A stretch of DNA of 63,961 bases, filler included. It is 7 parts of 7 records of this genome, joined end to end, with 100 filler letters (N's around TTAATTAATTAA, not from the genome) between each part and the next. Parts side by side here need not be neighbours in the genome. Positions count along the whole stretch, not along the records: positions 58,129 to 63,961 come from SRR31147125_9488; 6 more parts are not named here. One strand, written 5' to 3'. The notes below the pieces were generated by a model that was given only the letters and a program-made list of their open reading frames with translations, did not search any database and was not told the DNA's origin. The first letter of the stretch is position 1. The number at the start of each line of letters is the position of its first letter. Shown here one piece after another: positions 63,845-63,961 of the stretch. The translations under genes were made by a program, and so were the position numbers.

Positions 63845-63961
63845 AAAATTTACAAACCTTTCAATATATTTTTCGAAATATCAAAAGCCAGCTATCTTAA
63901 GTCTTATTTGCTATTAATATAGTTAAACCACCCCAACGACGCTCGCGTCGCCGGGAGCCCC

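Overview
The window is not one locus. It is seven contigs joined by 100-bp artificial linkers (44 N + TTAATTAATTAA + 44 N): 1-21138, 21239-27425, 27526-36477, 36578-43321, 43422-52330, 52431-58028 and 58129-63961. Contigs 1, 3, 4 and 5 look like an FCB-group bacterium (KSB1/Calditrichota/Ignavibacteria-like). Contigs 2 and 6 look deltaproteobacterial and contig 7 looks Firmicutes-like; these assignments are inference from gene content and codon style. Contig 1 carries an apparent SusD-less dextran/alpha-glucan utilisation locus: two GH66 enzymes, PorV, a ~1190-aa surface protein with a T9SS-like C-terminal domain (CTD), a TonB-dependent receptor, a CBM-like protein and an SSS symporter. It appears to be controlled by a binding protein + histidine kinase + sigma-54 activator trio, and a -24/-12 promoter and tandem palindromic enhancer are visible in the DNA. 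Contig 2 has ilvC, an M90 peptidase, a Sel1-repeat protein and a scrambled sulfatase remnant. Contig 3 has secreted hydrolases and REP-like repeats. Contig 4 has a GH29/nitrilase/SSS/NagA-like/Gfo cluster. Contig 5 has trkAH, two tandem near-identical RpoD-type sigma factors, pyrE, pyrF and serS. Contig 6 is an exosortase/EPS locus in which a GxxExxY nuclease-fold gene is bracketed by three copies of a palindromic repeat, each starting 4-6 nt after a stop codon; this is a candidate REP/RAYT-like system. Contig 7 is a sugar ABC transporter with epimerases. Eleven single-base indels, nearly all in homopolymers, split genes and are most likely sequencing errors. No tRNA, rRNA or CRISPR array was seen.
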